This document shows positions 1-12,998 of a stretch of DNA of 64,000 nucleotides, piece by piece (position 1 is the first letter of the stretch; every line of letters begins with the position of its first letter). The notes under the pieces are model-generated. The model made no database searches, had not been told where the DNA came from, and saw only the letters and a program-made list of their open reading frames with translations. Source of the stretch: Sminthopsis crassicaudata (lineage: Eukaryota); contig NC_133623.1 in the NCBI RefSeq assembly GCF_048593235.1, positions 57,378,066 through 57,442,065 on the forward strand, in the 5' to 3' direction. Position numbers and translations under genes: made by a program.

Positions 1-540
1 AAACAGGGACAGAAAGGAGAGTGAGAGAGACATACAGAGAGAAACAGACAAATAGAGGAGACAAAGATAGAAAAGAGACAGACAGACAGACAAAGGAGAG
101 AATAACAAAGATAAAAGAGACAGAGAGATAAAGGAGAGACACAGGAAGAGAAACAAAGACAAAGGAGGAGGAGACAGATTGAGAGACAGACAGAAATAGA
201 CACAGGAGACAGAAAGGGGGAGATGGCAAAACATAAGGGGAGAGAGAGAGGAGAGACACACAGAGAAATAAAGACTCCAAGGGGGAGAGAGACAGACATA
301 AATGGAAGAGAGACAGGGAGAAACAGATAAAGGAGAGAGAGAAAAGAGACAAGAAACAGGAAGAGAAAAAGGAGAGGAGAACAGAGAAACAGAAGTAGAG
401 GAGACAGAAAGAGGTAGAGACAGAGAAAGGGGGAGAAAGAGAAGCAGAGACAAAGGGGGAGAGAGAGAGACAGAGAGTGGAGACCGACACAGAGAGAGAA
501 ACAGGAAAGCTGGAGAGGAGACAGACACAGAGGAAGGGGT
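1..540. repeat. GA/purine-rich low-complexity repeat (AGAGAC/GAGA)
   Basis: Almost exclusively A/G with interspersed AC; the E/R/G-rich ORF 302-580 is a by-product. Confidence 0.9.
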
Positions 541-943
541 TCTGGGAGGGGAGGGCCCGCGTGAGCAGAATGTTTCTTAGCCTGAGCAGAGCTTGGACTT
601 GGAGCAAGGAGAGTGCAGAGCACTAGGCATGAGCACATTGAGGGAGGGACTCTCAGCCCCCCGAGCGCCCGGCAGGGACCTTCCCAGGGGTCCTGTCTGC
701 ACTGCCCGGGCCCCAACCAATCAAAGAAGCAGGAGGCCAGAGCAGCTGAACAGTCCTTTATGGAAACAGGCAGAGCTGGGGGGACGGGAGGGGTCACGGA
801 GCCAAGCCCCGGCAGCCACCCCTTCCCTGGGCACCCTCCTTGCACAGGGGGGTCCCGCAGGCTGGCCTGGCAGGGCCCTCTCAGGTGCACAATAGCTGGG
901 GATGGAGGGGGGTGGAGGTTGGGGTGGGGGGAATCTCTGTGTA

Positions 944-949
944 TTTATT
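944..949 (-). terminator. HIPK4: HIPK4 polyadenylation signal AATAAA
   Basis: TTTATT on + strand ~115 nt beyond the HIPK4 stop codon. Confidence 0.7.
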
Positions 950-1063
950 TTTTCTGTAACTATAATCTGGATTTCTAGGTAAGCGCATCTCAGGGCGAGG
1001 GACGAGTCAAACGAAGCAGGCACCAGGTCGTGGCTGGCACGGCCCAGGGAAGGGGGGTGTCCA

Positions 1064-1258
1064 TCAGTGATGCCCGCCGACGTGCTGGAGGAAGCCAGTG
1101 ACCCGGGGAGGCCCGTGGGGGTGGGGGTGGCGGGGCGGGGGGGCCTGACCCCGGGCCCCCCCGCCACCCTCCAAGCTCCAGTCAGGGTCGCTTAGCCACT
1201 CCCCTGGGCAGGGGGGCAAGGGGGGTGCACCTGCGTCGTACAGCTCCGGGGCAGCCCT
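1064..1258 (-). CDS. HIPK4: Homeodomain-interacting protein kinase 4, coding exon 4 (last; RAAPELYD...FLQHVGGHH*)
   Basis: ctctctgcAG acceptor (AG at 1260-1259), phase 0, 65 codons incl. TGA; C-terminus CPGEWLSDPD...FLQHVGGHH matches mammalian HIPK4. Confidence 0.93.
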   Translation of the reverse strand, partial: RAAPELYDAGAPPLPPCPGEWLSDPDWSLEGGGGARGQAPPPRHPHPHGPPRVTGFLQHVGGHH

Positions 1259-1495
1259 CTGCAGAGACAGGAGGGAGTCCTGGAGGCCGCTCGGCGTCCT
1301 CCCCTCCGCCCCCTTGCTGCGGGCCCTTGGCTCCATGACCGGGCCTGTCACTGCCCGGCAGATCCCCGGTGCTCCACCCTGTGCTTTCCCAGGCTGCTCC
1401 CACATCACCCCCTGTGCCCCGGTTGCCCTCTAGACCCCCCACCCGTCCTGGGACCGTCCGCCCCTCGCTCCGCATCCTCCCCCGGCCCCCGGTAC

Positions 1496-2916
<1,421 letters not shown>

Positions 2917-3156
2917 TCAGGAGGCAGGACGGGGCAAGGGTCTCTCCTCCGGGGTCAGAGCGGCCATGGGAGCCGCCCGAGGGCATAGTGCCCGGGAGGT
3001 GAGGGCGGGCACGGGGCTGGGGAGGGGCCCCGTCAGTCGCGCCAGGGGGAGCACGGAAGAGGGGGAGCCGGGCGGGCAGCGTCCTCGGAGGGCCGAGGGG
3101 GCTGTGGGGACAGGACCCTCCCACCCGTCCCTCTCCCCCGGACCCCGTCCCCAAAC

Positions 3157-3621
3157 CTTGACCCTGAAGGGACACCGTGTCTGGTCAACCAGCATGATGT
3201 TCTCCGGTTTGAGGTCAGCGTGGATGATGGCCAGTTCCTTGAGGCGGGCCAAGGCCCGGAGCACCTGCAAGGTCACCGTGCGGATGTGGCGGGCCGCCAG
3301 GGGCGCAAAATTGTTCTCCTTTTGGAACTCGAAAAGGTTCTGCTCCAGCAGCTCGAAGACCAGGTAAAACTTGAGGGCGTCGTGGAAGAACTCGAGGAAG
3401 CGGATGATGTGGGCCTCGTCCGGGTCCAGGCCCCGCATGCAGCGGAGCAGCTTCAGCTCGTTCTTGATGATGCGATTACGGTACGCGTCATTCTTCAGGA
3501 TCTTGATGGCCACCATCTCGCCCGTGCTCCGGCGCCAGCCCTTCGCCACCTCACCAAAGGTCCCCTTACCCAGGACCTCGATGATGTCATAGCAGTCGGT
3601 TTCAGACTGGATGGTGGCCAT
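3157..3621 (-). CDS. HIPK4: HIPK4 coding exon 1 (MATIQSETDCY...FRVK)
   Basis: GCCATGG Kozak start at 3621, GKGTFG loop, VAIK lysine, HADLKPEN; AAG|GTTTGG donor; 465 nt. Spliced total 628 aa. Confidence 0.96.
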
Positions 3622-4768
3622 GGCCCGGCCGCTGCCCTCGACCCGCCGCCGCCGAGGGCGCCCGCCCCGCCGCCGGCCCCGGGGCCCGAGCGGGGGAAAG
3701 AGAACCGCACTCGTGCCGCCCAGGGACAGCGCCCTCTCCGCCGCCCCGCCCCCCCCCTCTCTGGAGTGCGAAACTGCTGGGGCCTTCGCCCCTCCCCCCC
3801 ACCCCGGGCTCGGGATGAGCCCCCCCCCGGACCCCGATCGGTTCCGGGGTTGCTGAGCGGGATGGGTTCTGTTGTCGGAGACCCTCCTCTGGACCCTGAT
3901 GCAGAATGGACTGTCGTGTTCCAAGTAGGGCCTCTCCCCTCCCCCGATGGATGGCAGAACCCAGGGTGGGCAGTGGGCAGTGCCTGCAGGCTCGGGGCAC
4001 TTAGCCTTCCTCTGGATGGTAGGACCGGGCGACGGGAATCCGTTTCCCCTCCCCATTTGAAGAAGCCACCATTGGGAAGGTGTCTCTGCTAAGCCCGGCC
4101 CCAGAATTCTCTACTCATGCGGGGGGCTCGTACAGTCGGGGGCGCTGCGGGGGGAACTCCTCAGACCCAGGGTAGGATAGCTGCCCTCCGAGGCCTCATC
4201 CATCTCTGAGATTTTGCGATTCATGTGGTCCGCCTTGAGCCAGCTTCCGAGTCCCCTCCTGAGGAGCGGGGAAGAGAGTACTGAGCCCCCTAGAGGAGCG
4301 GGGCCCCGCTAGAGAAGACGGGCCCTCTGGGCCCCCCGAAAGCCCCGTGGGTGCTGCCAACCCAGGCAAATGGTCTCATCCAGAATGCCAGGAAAAGAGG
4401 TTCCTGGAAGGGGGTCCCCGCTGAGTCAGCTCTGCCATCTGCCCCTACCCGCCCCACCCCACCCCCACCATACCAACTGAGCTCCCCGGCCTCCTGGCTT
4501 ACAATGCCCCAAGCCCCGCCCCGCCCTGCCCTGCCCTGCCCTCCCAGTCACTGGGCAGGCACAAGAGTGCCGTCCAGCTCGGACACCCAGCAACCGGATG
4601 ACCCTCTCCCTCCTCCCCCCCAGGGAATATGAGTTAACAAAGAGCCTCCTGTGGACTCACACACATACCCCTCCCCGGATTCTACCTGGTGCCTGGGCTG
4701 GGGAGCAGGGGCGGGGGCCTTCCTCTGGGCTGGGAGTCCTGAGACACAGTCCCGGGGCTTCCCAAAAC

Positions 4769-7700
4769 GGGACCCTATTTTCCGCCAGCTCTATCTCCTG
4801 CTTTCTAAATGGGCTCACTATCTTTCACCGACTCTAGCTCCCACTCTATAATGGGGCTCACTATCTTCCACTGGCTCTATCTCCCACTCTATGAAGAGGG
4901 CTCACTATTTTTCACCGGCTCTAGCTCCTACTCTATGAAAAGGACTCACTATCTTCTACCGGCTCTATCTCCCACTCTATAAAGGGGCTCACTATCTTCC
5001 ACCGACTCTAGCTCCCACTCTATAATGGGGCTCACTCTCTTCCACTGGCTCTATCTCCCACTCTATGAAGAGGGCTCACTATCTTCCACTGGCTCTATCT
5101 CCTGCTTTCTAAATGGGCTCACTATCTTTCACCGGCTCTAGCTCCCACTCTATAATGGGGCTCACTATCTTACACCGGCTCTAGCTCCCACTCTATGAAG
5201 AGGGCTCACTATCTTCTACCTGCTCTAGCTCCCACTCTATAAAGGGGGCTCACTATCTTCTACCTGCTCTAGCTCCCACTCTACGAAGAGGGCTCACTTT
5301 CACCGGCTCTAGCTCCCACTCTGGGGGCTCACTATCTTCCACCGGCTCTAGCTCCCACTCTATAAAGGGGCTCACTATCTTCCACCGACTCTAGCTCCCA
5401 CTCTATAATGGGGCTCACTATCTTCCACTGGCTCTATCTCCTGCTTTCTAAATGGGCTCACTATCTTTCACCGGCTCTAGCTCCCACTCTATAATGGGGC
5501 TCACTATCTTACACCGGCTCTAGCTCCCACTCTATGAAGAGGGCTCACTATTTTCTACCTGCTCTAGCTCCCACTCTATAAAGGGGGCTCACTATCTTCT
5601 ACCTGCTCTAGCTCCCACTCTACGAAGAGGGCTCACTTTCACCGGCGCTAGCTCCCACTCTGGGGGCTCACTATCTTCCACCGGCTCTAGCTCCCACTCT
5701 ATAAAGGGGCTCACTATCTTCCACCGGCTCTAGCTCCCACTCTATGAAAAGGGCTCACTATCTTCTACCTGCTCTAGTTCCCACTTTATAAAGGGAACTC
5801 ACTATCTTCCACTGGCTCTATCTCCCACTCTATGAAGAGGGCTCACTATCTTCCACCGGCTCTAGCTCCCACTCTATGAAAAGGGCTCACTATCTTCTAC
5901 CTGCTCTAGTTCCCACTTTATAAAGGGAACTCACTATCTTCCACTGGCTCTATCTCCCACTCTATGAAGAGGGCTCACTATCTTCCACCGGCTCTAGCTC
6001 CCACCCTATAAAGGGGGCGCACTATCTTCCATCGGCTCTATCTCCCACTCTATGAAGAGGGCAAACTATCTTCTACCTGCTCTAGTTCCCACTTTATAAA
6101 GGGGGCTCACTATCTTCCACCGGCTCTAGCTCCCACTCTATAAAGGGGGCTCACTATCTTCCACTGGCTCTAGCTCCCACCCTATAAAGGGGGCGCACTA
6201 TCTTCTACCTGCTCTAGTTCCCACTTTATAAAGGGAGCTCACTATCTTCCACCGGCTCTAGCTCCCACCCTATAAAGGGGGCGCACTATCTTCCATCGGC
6301 TCTATCTCCCACTCTATGAAGAGGGCAAACTATCTTCTACCTGCTCTAGTTCCCACTTTATAAAGGGGGCTCACTATCTTCCACTGGCTCTATCTCCCAC
6401 TCTATAAAGGGGGCTCACTATCTTCCACTGGCTCTAGCTCCCACTCTATGAAAAGGGCTCACTATCTTCTACCTGCTCTAGTTCCCACTTTATAAAGGGA
6501 ACTCACTATCTTCCACTGGCTCTATCTCCCACTTTATAAAGGGGGCTCACTATTTTTCACCGGCTCTAGCTCCCACCCTATAAAGGGGGCTCACTATCTT
6601 CCACCGGCTCTAGCTCCCACTCTATGAAGAGGGCTCACTATCTTTCACCTGCTCTAGCTCCCACTCTATAAAGGGGGCTCACTATCTTCCACCGGCTCTA
6701 GCTCCCACTCTATAAAGGGGCTCACTATCTTCTACCGGCTCTAGCTCCCACTCTATGAAGAGGGCTCACTATCTTCTACCTGCTCTAGTTCCCACTTTAT
6801 AAAGGGGGCTCACTATCTTCTACCGGCTCTAGTTCCCACTCTATAAAGGGGCTCACTATCTTCTACCGGCTCTAGCTCCCACTCTACGAAGAGGACTCAC
6901 TATCTTTCACTGGTGCTAGCTCCCACTCTATAAAGGGGCTCATTACCTTCCACCGGCTCTAGCTCCCACTCTATAAAGGGGCTCATTACCTTCCACCGGC
7001 TCTAGCTCCCACTCTATAAAGGGGCTCATTACCTTCCACCGGCTCTAGCTCCCACTCTATAAAGGGGCTCATTACCTTCCACCGGCTCTAGCTCCCACTC
7101 TATAAAGGGGCTCACTATCTTCTACCGGCTCTAGCTCCCACTCTATAAAGGGGGCTCACTATCTTCTACCTGCTCTAGTTCCCACTTTATAAAGGGGGCT
7201 CACTATCTTCCACTGGCTCTAGCTCCCACTCTATAAAGGGGCTCATTACCTTCCACCGGCTCTAGCTCCCACTCTACGAAGAGGGCTCACTATCTTTCAC
7301 CGGCGCTAGCTCCCACTCTATAAAGGGGCTCATTACCTTCCACCGGCTCTAGCTCCCACTCTATAAAGGGGCTCATTACCTTCCACCGGCTCTAGCTCCC
7401 ACTCTATAAAGGGGCTCACTATCTTCTACCGGCTCTAGCTCCCACTCTACGAAGAGGGCTCACTATCTTTCACCGGCGCTAGCTCCCACTCTATAAAGGG
7501 GGCTCACTATCTTCCACTGGCTCTAGCTCCCACTCTATAAAGGGGCTCATTACCCTCCACCGGCTCTAGCTCCCACTCTATAAAGGGGCTCACTATCTTC
7601 TACCGGCTCTAGCTCCCACTCTATGAAGAGGGCTCACTATCTTTCACCGGCGCTAGCTCCCACTCTATAAAGGGGCTCACTATCTTCCACTGGCTCTAGC

Positions 7701-8066
7701 TCCCACTCTATAAAGGCGCTCATTACCTTCCACCGGCTCTAGCTCCCACTCTACGAAGAGGGCTCATTATCTTTCACCGGCGCTAGCTCCCACTCTATAA
7801 AGGGGGCTCACTATCTTTCACCTGCTCTAGCTCCCACTCTACAAAGGGGGCTCACTATCTTCCACTGGCTCTAGCTCCCACTCCATAAAGGGGGCTCACT
7901 ATCTTCCACTGGCTCTAGCTCCCACTCTATAAAGGGGCTCATTACCTTCCACCGGCTCTAGCTCCCACTCTATAAAGGGGCTCACTATCTTTCACCTGCT
8001 CTAGCTCCCACTCTACAAAGGGGGCTCACTATCTTCTGCTGGCTGTAGCTCCCACTCTATGAAGAG
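4769..8066. repeat. Minisatellite, 43-44 bp unit, about 75 copies (GGGGCTCACTATCTTCCACCGGCTCTAGCTCCCACTCTATAAA)
   Basis: Directly visible; measured periods 43 (6938, 6981, 7024) and 44 (5709 to 5753). Confidence 0.98.
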
Positions 8067-8446
8067 AGACTCCCTGAGGGTGGGAGCAAACCACATTGCC
8101 CTCTCAGGAGATGAGAGGATTTTTTTATCTGGGGCTGCAGCTCTGTCGTCCTCCCGCCCTTGACCGGGAGGACTCCTAAAAGCAGGCAATGTCATCCTTG
8201 TCCCCTCTAGAACAGCCTTCCAAGAGGAACCGTCCACAGGCTACTTACACAAGGGCCAGGGCTCCATGCACCTGCCCTCCCCAATCACCCACCCCTGTGG
8301 AGGGGGCTCTCTGAGGCCAGCCATAGATTCCCTCCAATCTCTGGCTTCTCCTGGTAACTTCTTACCCAAGGGTGATGGACAGGGGCCACAGTGAAGGCCC
8401 AGACCTTGCTAGAAGTGACCAGACAGAGTAGCGGACTTGGGGTTAC

Positions 8447-8452
8447 TTTATT
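8447..8452 (-). terminator. PRX: PRX polyadenylation signal AATAAA
   Basis: TTTATT on + strand ~190 nt downstream of the PRX stop. Confidence 0.75.
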
Positions 8453-8639
8453 CATACTGGTTGGCTCTTGGCCAGTACATAATTTCTTCCCCGAGAAGCG
8501 TGCAGCCTGAGCGGGAGCCAGTGCCCAGTGGTACCTGGGCCACCCCCACCTCTCAGGCCTCGTAGGGTTAATGCTAATATCTAACACACAGGATTGTAGG
8601 GGGTGGACAGGGAAGACGCCGCTACCTCCCCCAAAGTAA

Positions 8640-11600
8640 CTAGACAGCTGCCGTTGGGGCCCCCTCCATCTTGGCAGTGCCCAGTGGGTTTGGCTCGCTG
8701 TCGGTTTCCGTCTCGGAGAAGCCCACTTTAGGCAACCGGACCCTGAACATTCCCTCCTCCTCCCCACCTGGGGCTCCCTTGGGCACCCCCTGTGCCTTGG
8801 GGCTCAGTGACACCTTAGGGAAGTGGAATTTGGGGGACTTGTCACCAGGGGACCTCTGGGATCCCTCAGGCTCCCCTTCCTCCTTGGAGCGGCTGGAGAA
8901 GGGTGAGCGGAAACGAGCGGGCCGCAAGGCAGCAAAGGGGCTGAGATCCACCCCCACCGGGCTCCGGCCGAACTCGGGCTCCTGTTCCGGGCCCTTGTAC
9001 AAAGAGGCAAGTTCCACTTGGGGCAGGCCCACACGGGCAAAGCGGCCCGTGGAGGCACCATTGTGCAGGGCTATGGCGGCCCCCTCCTCCTCTCCCGGGG
9101 AGCCGCTCCCGTTGGTGTTGGGGGAGTCCCCCTTGGCAAAGCCCACTTTAGGCAGTCTTAGCTTGGGACTCCGGACCCGGCCGCCGGCCTCGCCACCCCC
9201 TTCTCCAGAACCGCCCCAAGACAACAGGAGACTAGACTTCCCTGACCCTGGGGAGACTTTGGCGGCTCCCTCGCCGTCCTTGCCCGTCCTCTTTGCCAGT
9301 TTCTTCCCCTTGGCCTTCTCCCCATCCTCTCCCTCTTCTCTCCCTAGCAAGAGCCCAAATCGAGGCAATTTGATTTTGGGCCTGCGCCCGGCCTCGCTTT
9401 CCAGCCCGTCCCCTGCCACCTGGTACTCGGCGTGGCTGCCCATGGGCGGTGGGGAGAGCTCCACCTCGGGCATCCAGGAGCGGAGCTTGCTCCCTTCTGG
9501 GGGGGTGCCTGCCTGGGCAGCTCCTGGCTCCACTGTGAAGCCCACATCTGGAAGGGACAGGTGGAAGGGATGGTCAGGGGCTGCTCCGGAGGGGCCCCCA
9601 GGCTGCCCATCACCTTCCCCACTGGCTTTGAAGGTGGGCATCTTCAGCCGGAACCTCTCCTCTCCCGCGGCTTCGGCCACCGCCCGCCCCTCTCCAGCCA
9701 CCGGGCCATCCTTGGTCCCCTCTGTCTTGTGCCCGAGCCCCACATCCAGTTCAAGCTGGGGCACAGTCACACCGGGCATCTTGAACACTCCCTCTCCCAC
9801 GAGAATCTCCCCTCCCTCTACTTGGGCACCAGGGAGAGAAAGGTCCACCTGGGGCAGCTGTACCCGGAAGCCCCCGCCGCCCACGCCACCCTCTGTTGCT
9901 GCAGCCCCCCCTTCCTGCTGTCTCTGAGAAGCTCTGACTTCAGCCCCTGTCCCTTCACCAACAACCCCCCCAAAACCAGTCAGCTCTACCTGGGGTACTG
10001 TGATTCCCAGTGTGGACACCGTCACCTCTGCCTTGTGGCTCCTGACATCCTTCTCGGAGACCTCCGTGCCTACCTGCTCTGCCCCCCTCGCCGGCCCGGG
10101 CACCGAGATCCGAAAGACCGGCAGCTTGACCTCTCCCCCTGCCATCTCCACCTCCCCTCCCTCTTCCTGGGTCATCAGCGTAGGCAGCTCCACTTGGGGT
10201 ATTTTCAAGGCAGCGTGCCCTACGTGTAATTTTTCCTCAGGGCCGCCCTGGTCCCCATCCTCCACCTCCCTTCCCCGCGCCAACCCAAACGAGGGCATCT
10301 TAAACTTGGGCATCTTCACCTTAGCCTCCCACGCCCGGCCTTTGCTTTCTGCTTCCCCCTCCCCCAGCACCATCTCTCCAGCTTCTGCATCCTTGCTCTT
10401 GGCCCCAAACTTGGGCAGTGCAAACTTGGGACCTTTGAGTTTGACATCGGGCAGCTCGCTGGGCACCTCCACTTTGCCTGTGGGCAGTGGGACATCCAGG
10501 CTGAGTTGGGGGACAGTGACCCCCAGGGCAGACAGCAGAGGGGCCTCCCCAGATTCCTTGGGCTCCGCCTCGACGCCCGTCCGGACCTTGGGGAAGCTGA
10601 TGCCGAACTTGGATGTCTTCAGTTTGGCCCCACGGACGCCCCCTTCGCCGTCCCCTTCCCCCCTTCCCACCTTGGGGGCCGAAAGACCAAACTTGGGCAG
10701 GGAAAACTTGGGCGATTTGAGTTTGGGCTCGGCCACTTCCAGCTTTCCCTCTGCCTCTCCTTCGGGAAGCTTTGGGGCGGCTATCTCGACAGCCGGCAGC
10801 ACCAGGCTGGGCATCTTGAACCCGGCCTCCCCCACCTCCACTGCATCGAGAGAGATCCCAGAAAGCTCTGCGGGAAGCTTGGGAGCGGGGGCGGCTCCCT
10901 TTGGGGGTGCTGCCTCAACTCTAAGGGGCCCTTGGAGCCCGGCTCCGGACAGCTCCAGCTCCACCGAGGGCAACGTAACAGATGGGAACGCGAGCCGGGC
11001 CTCGGGCCCCTTGCTGGCCAGCTCGCGGCTGGGCGACGGTTCCCTGCGCCCTGTGCCCTCGGGGCTCACCACCCCAACCTTGGCCCGGGGGGGAGATCCC
11101 ACCCGTCCCAACTTGGGTATGGACATCTTGGGCAATTTGAAGCCAAAGTCCAGGCCCTCCGCCCGCTCTGCCCCACGGGTTGCCATGGACTCTTGGGAAA
11201 GCTGCACATCTGGGGCTTTGGGCATCTTCATCTCGGGCATCTTAGGGAGGTGCATCTCGGGCATCTTGGGCATCTGCATCTCAGGCACTTTGGGCAGCTG
11301 AACATCTGGAAGGTGCACATCTGGGATGGACATGTCCGGGACTTTGGGCAGCTTCATCTCGGGCACTTTGGGAAGCTGTACTTCTGGAAGGTGCACATCT
11401 GGGATGGACATGTCCGGGACTTTGGGTAGCTTCATCTCGGGCACTTTGGGAAGCTGCACTTCTGGAAGGTGCACATCTGGAATGGACATGTCCGGAACCT
11501 TGGGCAGCTTCATCTCGGGCACTTTGGGAAGCTGCACATCTGGAAGGTGCACATCTGGGATAGACATGTCCGGGACCCTGGGAAGCTTCATCTCTGGAAC

Positions 11601-12998
11601 TTTTGGGAGCTGCACCTCTGGGAGGTGCACATCTGGGATAGACATGTCCGGGACCTTGGGAAGCTTCATCTCGGGCAGCTTCATCTCGGGCACTTTTGGG
11701 AGCTGCACATCTGGAAGGTGCACCTCTGGGATGGACATGTCCGGGACCTTGGGCAGCTTCATCTCGGGCACCTTTGGGAGTTGGACCTCTAGGAGCTGCA
11801 CCTCTGGGATGGACACTTCAGGCCCCTTGGGCATCTTCATCTCGGGCAGTTTCATCTCGGGCACCTTTGGGAGCTGCACCTCCGGGAGCTGCACCTCGGG
11901 GATGGACACCTCCGGTCCCTTGGGCATCTTCATCTCGGACACCTTTGGGAGCTGCACCTCTGGGAGGTGCACCTCTGGGATGGAGACTTCGGGCCCTTTG
12001 GGCAGCTTCACCTCAGGAACTTTGGGCAGCTTCACCTCTGGGGCTCTGGGCAGCTTTGCTTCGGCCCCGGACACCCCAATGCCAAAGGAGGGCATCTTGA
12101 TCGTGGGCAGTTTCAGCTTGCCTTCCACGGGGGGCTCGGGTGCAGCTGGCCGGGACTCCAGCAGGGAGAGCCCAAAAGTGGGCATGCGCAGCTTGGGCCT
12201 CTTGGCCCTGGCCTCAGGACTGGCCCTCACTCCTTTGCCGGCCTTCCCCTCGCCCTCCAGCCCCACCCCTTCCTTCCCCCGAGCGCCAAAGCGGGGAAAG
12301 GTGAGCCAGGGAACCTTCAAGGCAACCTCGGGCCCTTCTTCCCGGACTTCAGCCGGGGCTCCGGGCAGGGCCAGGTCCACCTCCATGGATGGCACAGACA
12401 CATCGAGGGCGGGGGCTGCCATGGCGACGCCCTCTCTGGCCTCTAGGCATGGCAGTTTGGTGAGGGGAGGCAGCTCGACCTGGGGTACCTGGATGCTCCC
12501 TGGGGCCACCTCAGGCACAGGGGCTGCTGGGGCCGAGAGGCCAAATGTGGGAAGGTGGAGGCTAAACCCCGCGCCCGGAGGCTCTGGAACTTCAGCCACC
12601 ATCTCAGCACCTGCCCTCTGGGGCCCGACCAGCTCCAGCTGAGGGGTTCCAAAGCGTGCACCCAAGGATGGCTCCTCTCCAGGCAGGGCACCCTCCTCCT
12701 TGGCCTTCCTGCTCCCCAGGAAGGGGATGGCGGCCAGGGAAGACACCAGGGTGGCCGGCTCAGCTGGAGGAATGGGGCCCGCCACCTCCCTCACCCTCAG
12801 CCGGGGGAGACGCAAACGTCGGTGGGCGGGGGCGGCCAGCGCGGGCCCCGGGGCCACCTCGGCCTTTGCCCGTCGCAGCCTCGAAAACTTGGGGAAGGAG
12901 AATTCAACATCAACAGGGACCAGGTCTGAGGGGATTCCCGGGGCCCCAGGCACAGCTAGGACCTTCTTCTTCTTCACTGGGGACAGGCTCTGGATGTT
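8640..12998 (-). CDS. PRX: Periaxin, large last coding exon ([12 protein letters not shown]...MEGAPTAAV*)
   Basis: ctctccccAG acceptor, 4359 nt open; basic NLS/DRP2-binding region, PEVK-like repeats, AHNAK-like region, C-terminus like mammalian L-periaxin. Spliced L-form 1579 aa. Confidence 0.97.
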   Translation of the reverse strand, partial: NIQSLSPVKKKKVLAVPGAPGIPSDLVPVDVEFSFPKFSRLRRAKAEVAPGPALAAPAHRRLRLPRLRVREVAGPIPPAEPATLVSSLAAIPFLGSRKAKEEGALPGEEPSLGARFGTPQLELVGPQRAGAEMVAEVPEPPGAGFSLHLPTFGLSAPAAPVPEVAPGSIQVPQVELPPLTKLPCLEAREGVAMAAPALDVSVPSMEVDLALPGAPAEVREEGPEVALKVPWLTFPRFGARGKEGVGLEGEGKAGKGVRASPEARAKRPKLRMPTFGLSLLESRPAAPEPPVEGKLKLPTIKMPSFGIGVSGAEAKLPRAPEVKLPKVPEVKLPKGPEVSIPEVHLPEVQLPKVSEMKMPKGPEVSIPEVQLPEVQLPKVPEMKLPEMKMPKGPEVSIPEVQLLEVQLPKVPEMKLPKVPDMSIPEVHLPDVQLPKVPEMKLPEMKLPKVPDMSIPDVHLPEVQLPKVPEMKLPRVPDMSIPDVHLPDVQLPKVPEMKLPKVPDMSIPDVHLPEVQLPKVPEMKLPKVPDMSIPDVHLPEVQLPKVPEMKLPKVPDMSIPDVHLPDVQLPKVPEMQMPKMPEMHLPKMPEMKMPKAPDVQLSQESMATRGAERAEGLDFGFKLPKMSIPKLGRVGSPPRAKVGVVSPEGTGRREPSPSRELASKGPEARLAFPSVTLPSVELELSGAGLQGPLRVEAAPPKGAAPAPKLPAELSGISLDAVEVGEAGFKMPSLVLPAVEIAAPKLPEGEAEGKLEVAEPKLKSPKFSLPKFGLSAPKVGRGEGDGEGGVRGAKLKTSKFGISFPKVRTGVEAEPKESGEAPLLSALGVTVPQLSLDVPLPTGKVEVPSELPDVKLKGPKFALPKFGAKSKDAEAGEMVLGEGEAESKGRAWEAKVKMPKFKMPSFGLARGREVEDGDQGGPEEKLHVGHAALKIPQVELPTLMTQEEGGEVEMAGGEVKLPVFRISVPGPARGAEQVGTEVSEKDVRSHKAEVTVSTLGITVPQVELTGFGGVVGEGTGAEVRASQRQQEGGAAATEGGVGGGGFRVQLPQVDLSLPGAQVEGGEILVGEGVFKMPGVTVPQLELDVGLGHKTEGTKDGPVAGEGRAVAEAAGEERFRLKMPTFKASGEGDGQPGGPSGAAPDHPFHLSLPDVGFTVEPGAAQAGTPPEGSKLRSWMPEVELSPPPMGSHAEYQVAGDGLESEAGRRPKIKLPRFGLLLGREEGEDGEKAKGKKLAKRTGKDGEGAAKVSPGSGKSSLLLSWGGSGEGGGEAGGRVRSPKLRLPKVGFAKGDSPNTNGSGSPGEEEGAAIALHNGASTGRFARVGLPQVELASLYKGPEQEPEFGRSPVGVDLSPFAALRPARFRSPFSSRSKEEGEPEGSQRSPGDKSPKFHFPKVSLSPKAQGVPKGAPGGEEEGMFRVRLPKVGFSETETDSEPNPLGTAKMEGAPTAAV
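11200..12070 (-). repeat. PRX: Coding tandem repeats of periaxin (pentapeptide [13 protein letters not shown]; 78-bp/26-aa higher unit)
   Basis: CTGGGATGGA recurs at 11321 and 11399 (period 78); unit [26 protein letters not shown]. Confidence 0.95.

Noticed and set aside
1-1000. Expected 3' end of PLD3 (human neighbour of HIPK4)
   Set aside because: No PLD3-like coding sequence is recognisable here; it probably lies left of the window.
3220-4092. 290-aa plus-strand ORF opposite HIPK4 exon 1
   Set aside because: Shadow ORF of a GC3-rich coding exon and CpG island; no domain signature.
4769-8066. CRISPR-like appearance of the regular array
   Set aside because: Units are head-to-tail variants of one sequence with no unique spacers; vertebrate context; no cas genes.
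8671-12642. Three long antisense ORFs (418, 433 and 438 aa) in one frame opposite PRX
   Set aside because: In this register a stop needs a sense Tyr codon, or a His/Gln codon after a T-ending codon. The exon has only two Tyr and GC-rich third positions, so long shadow ORFs are expected.
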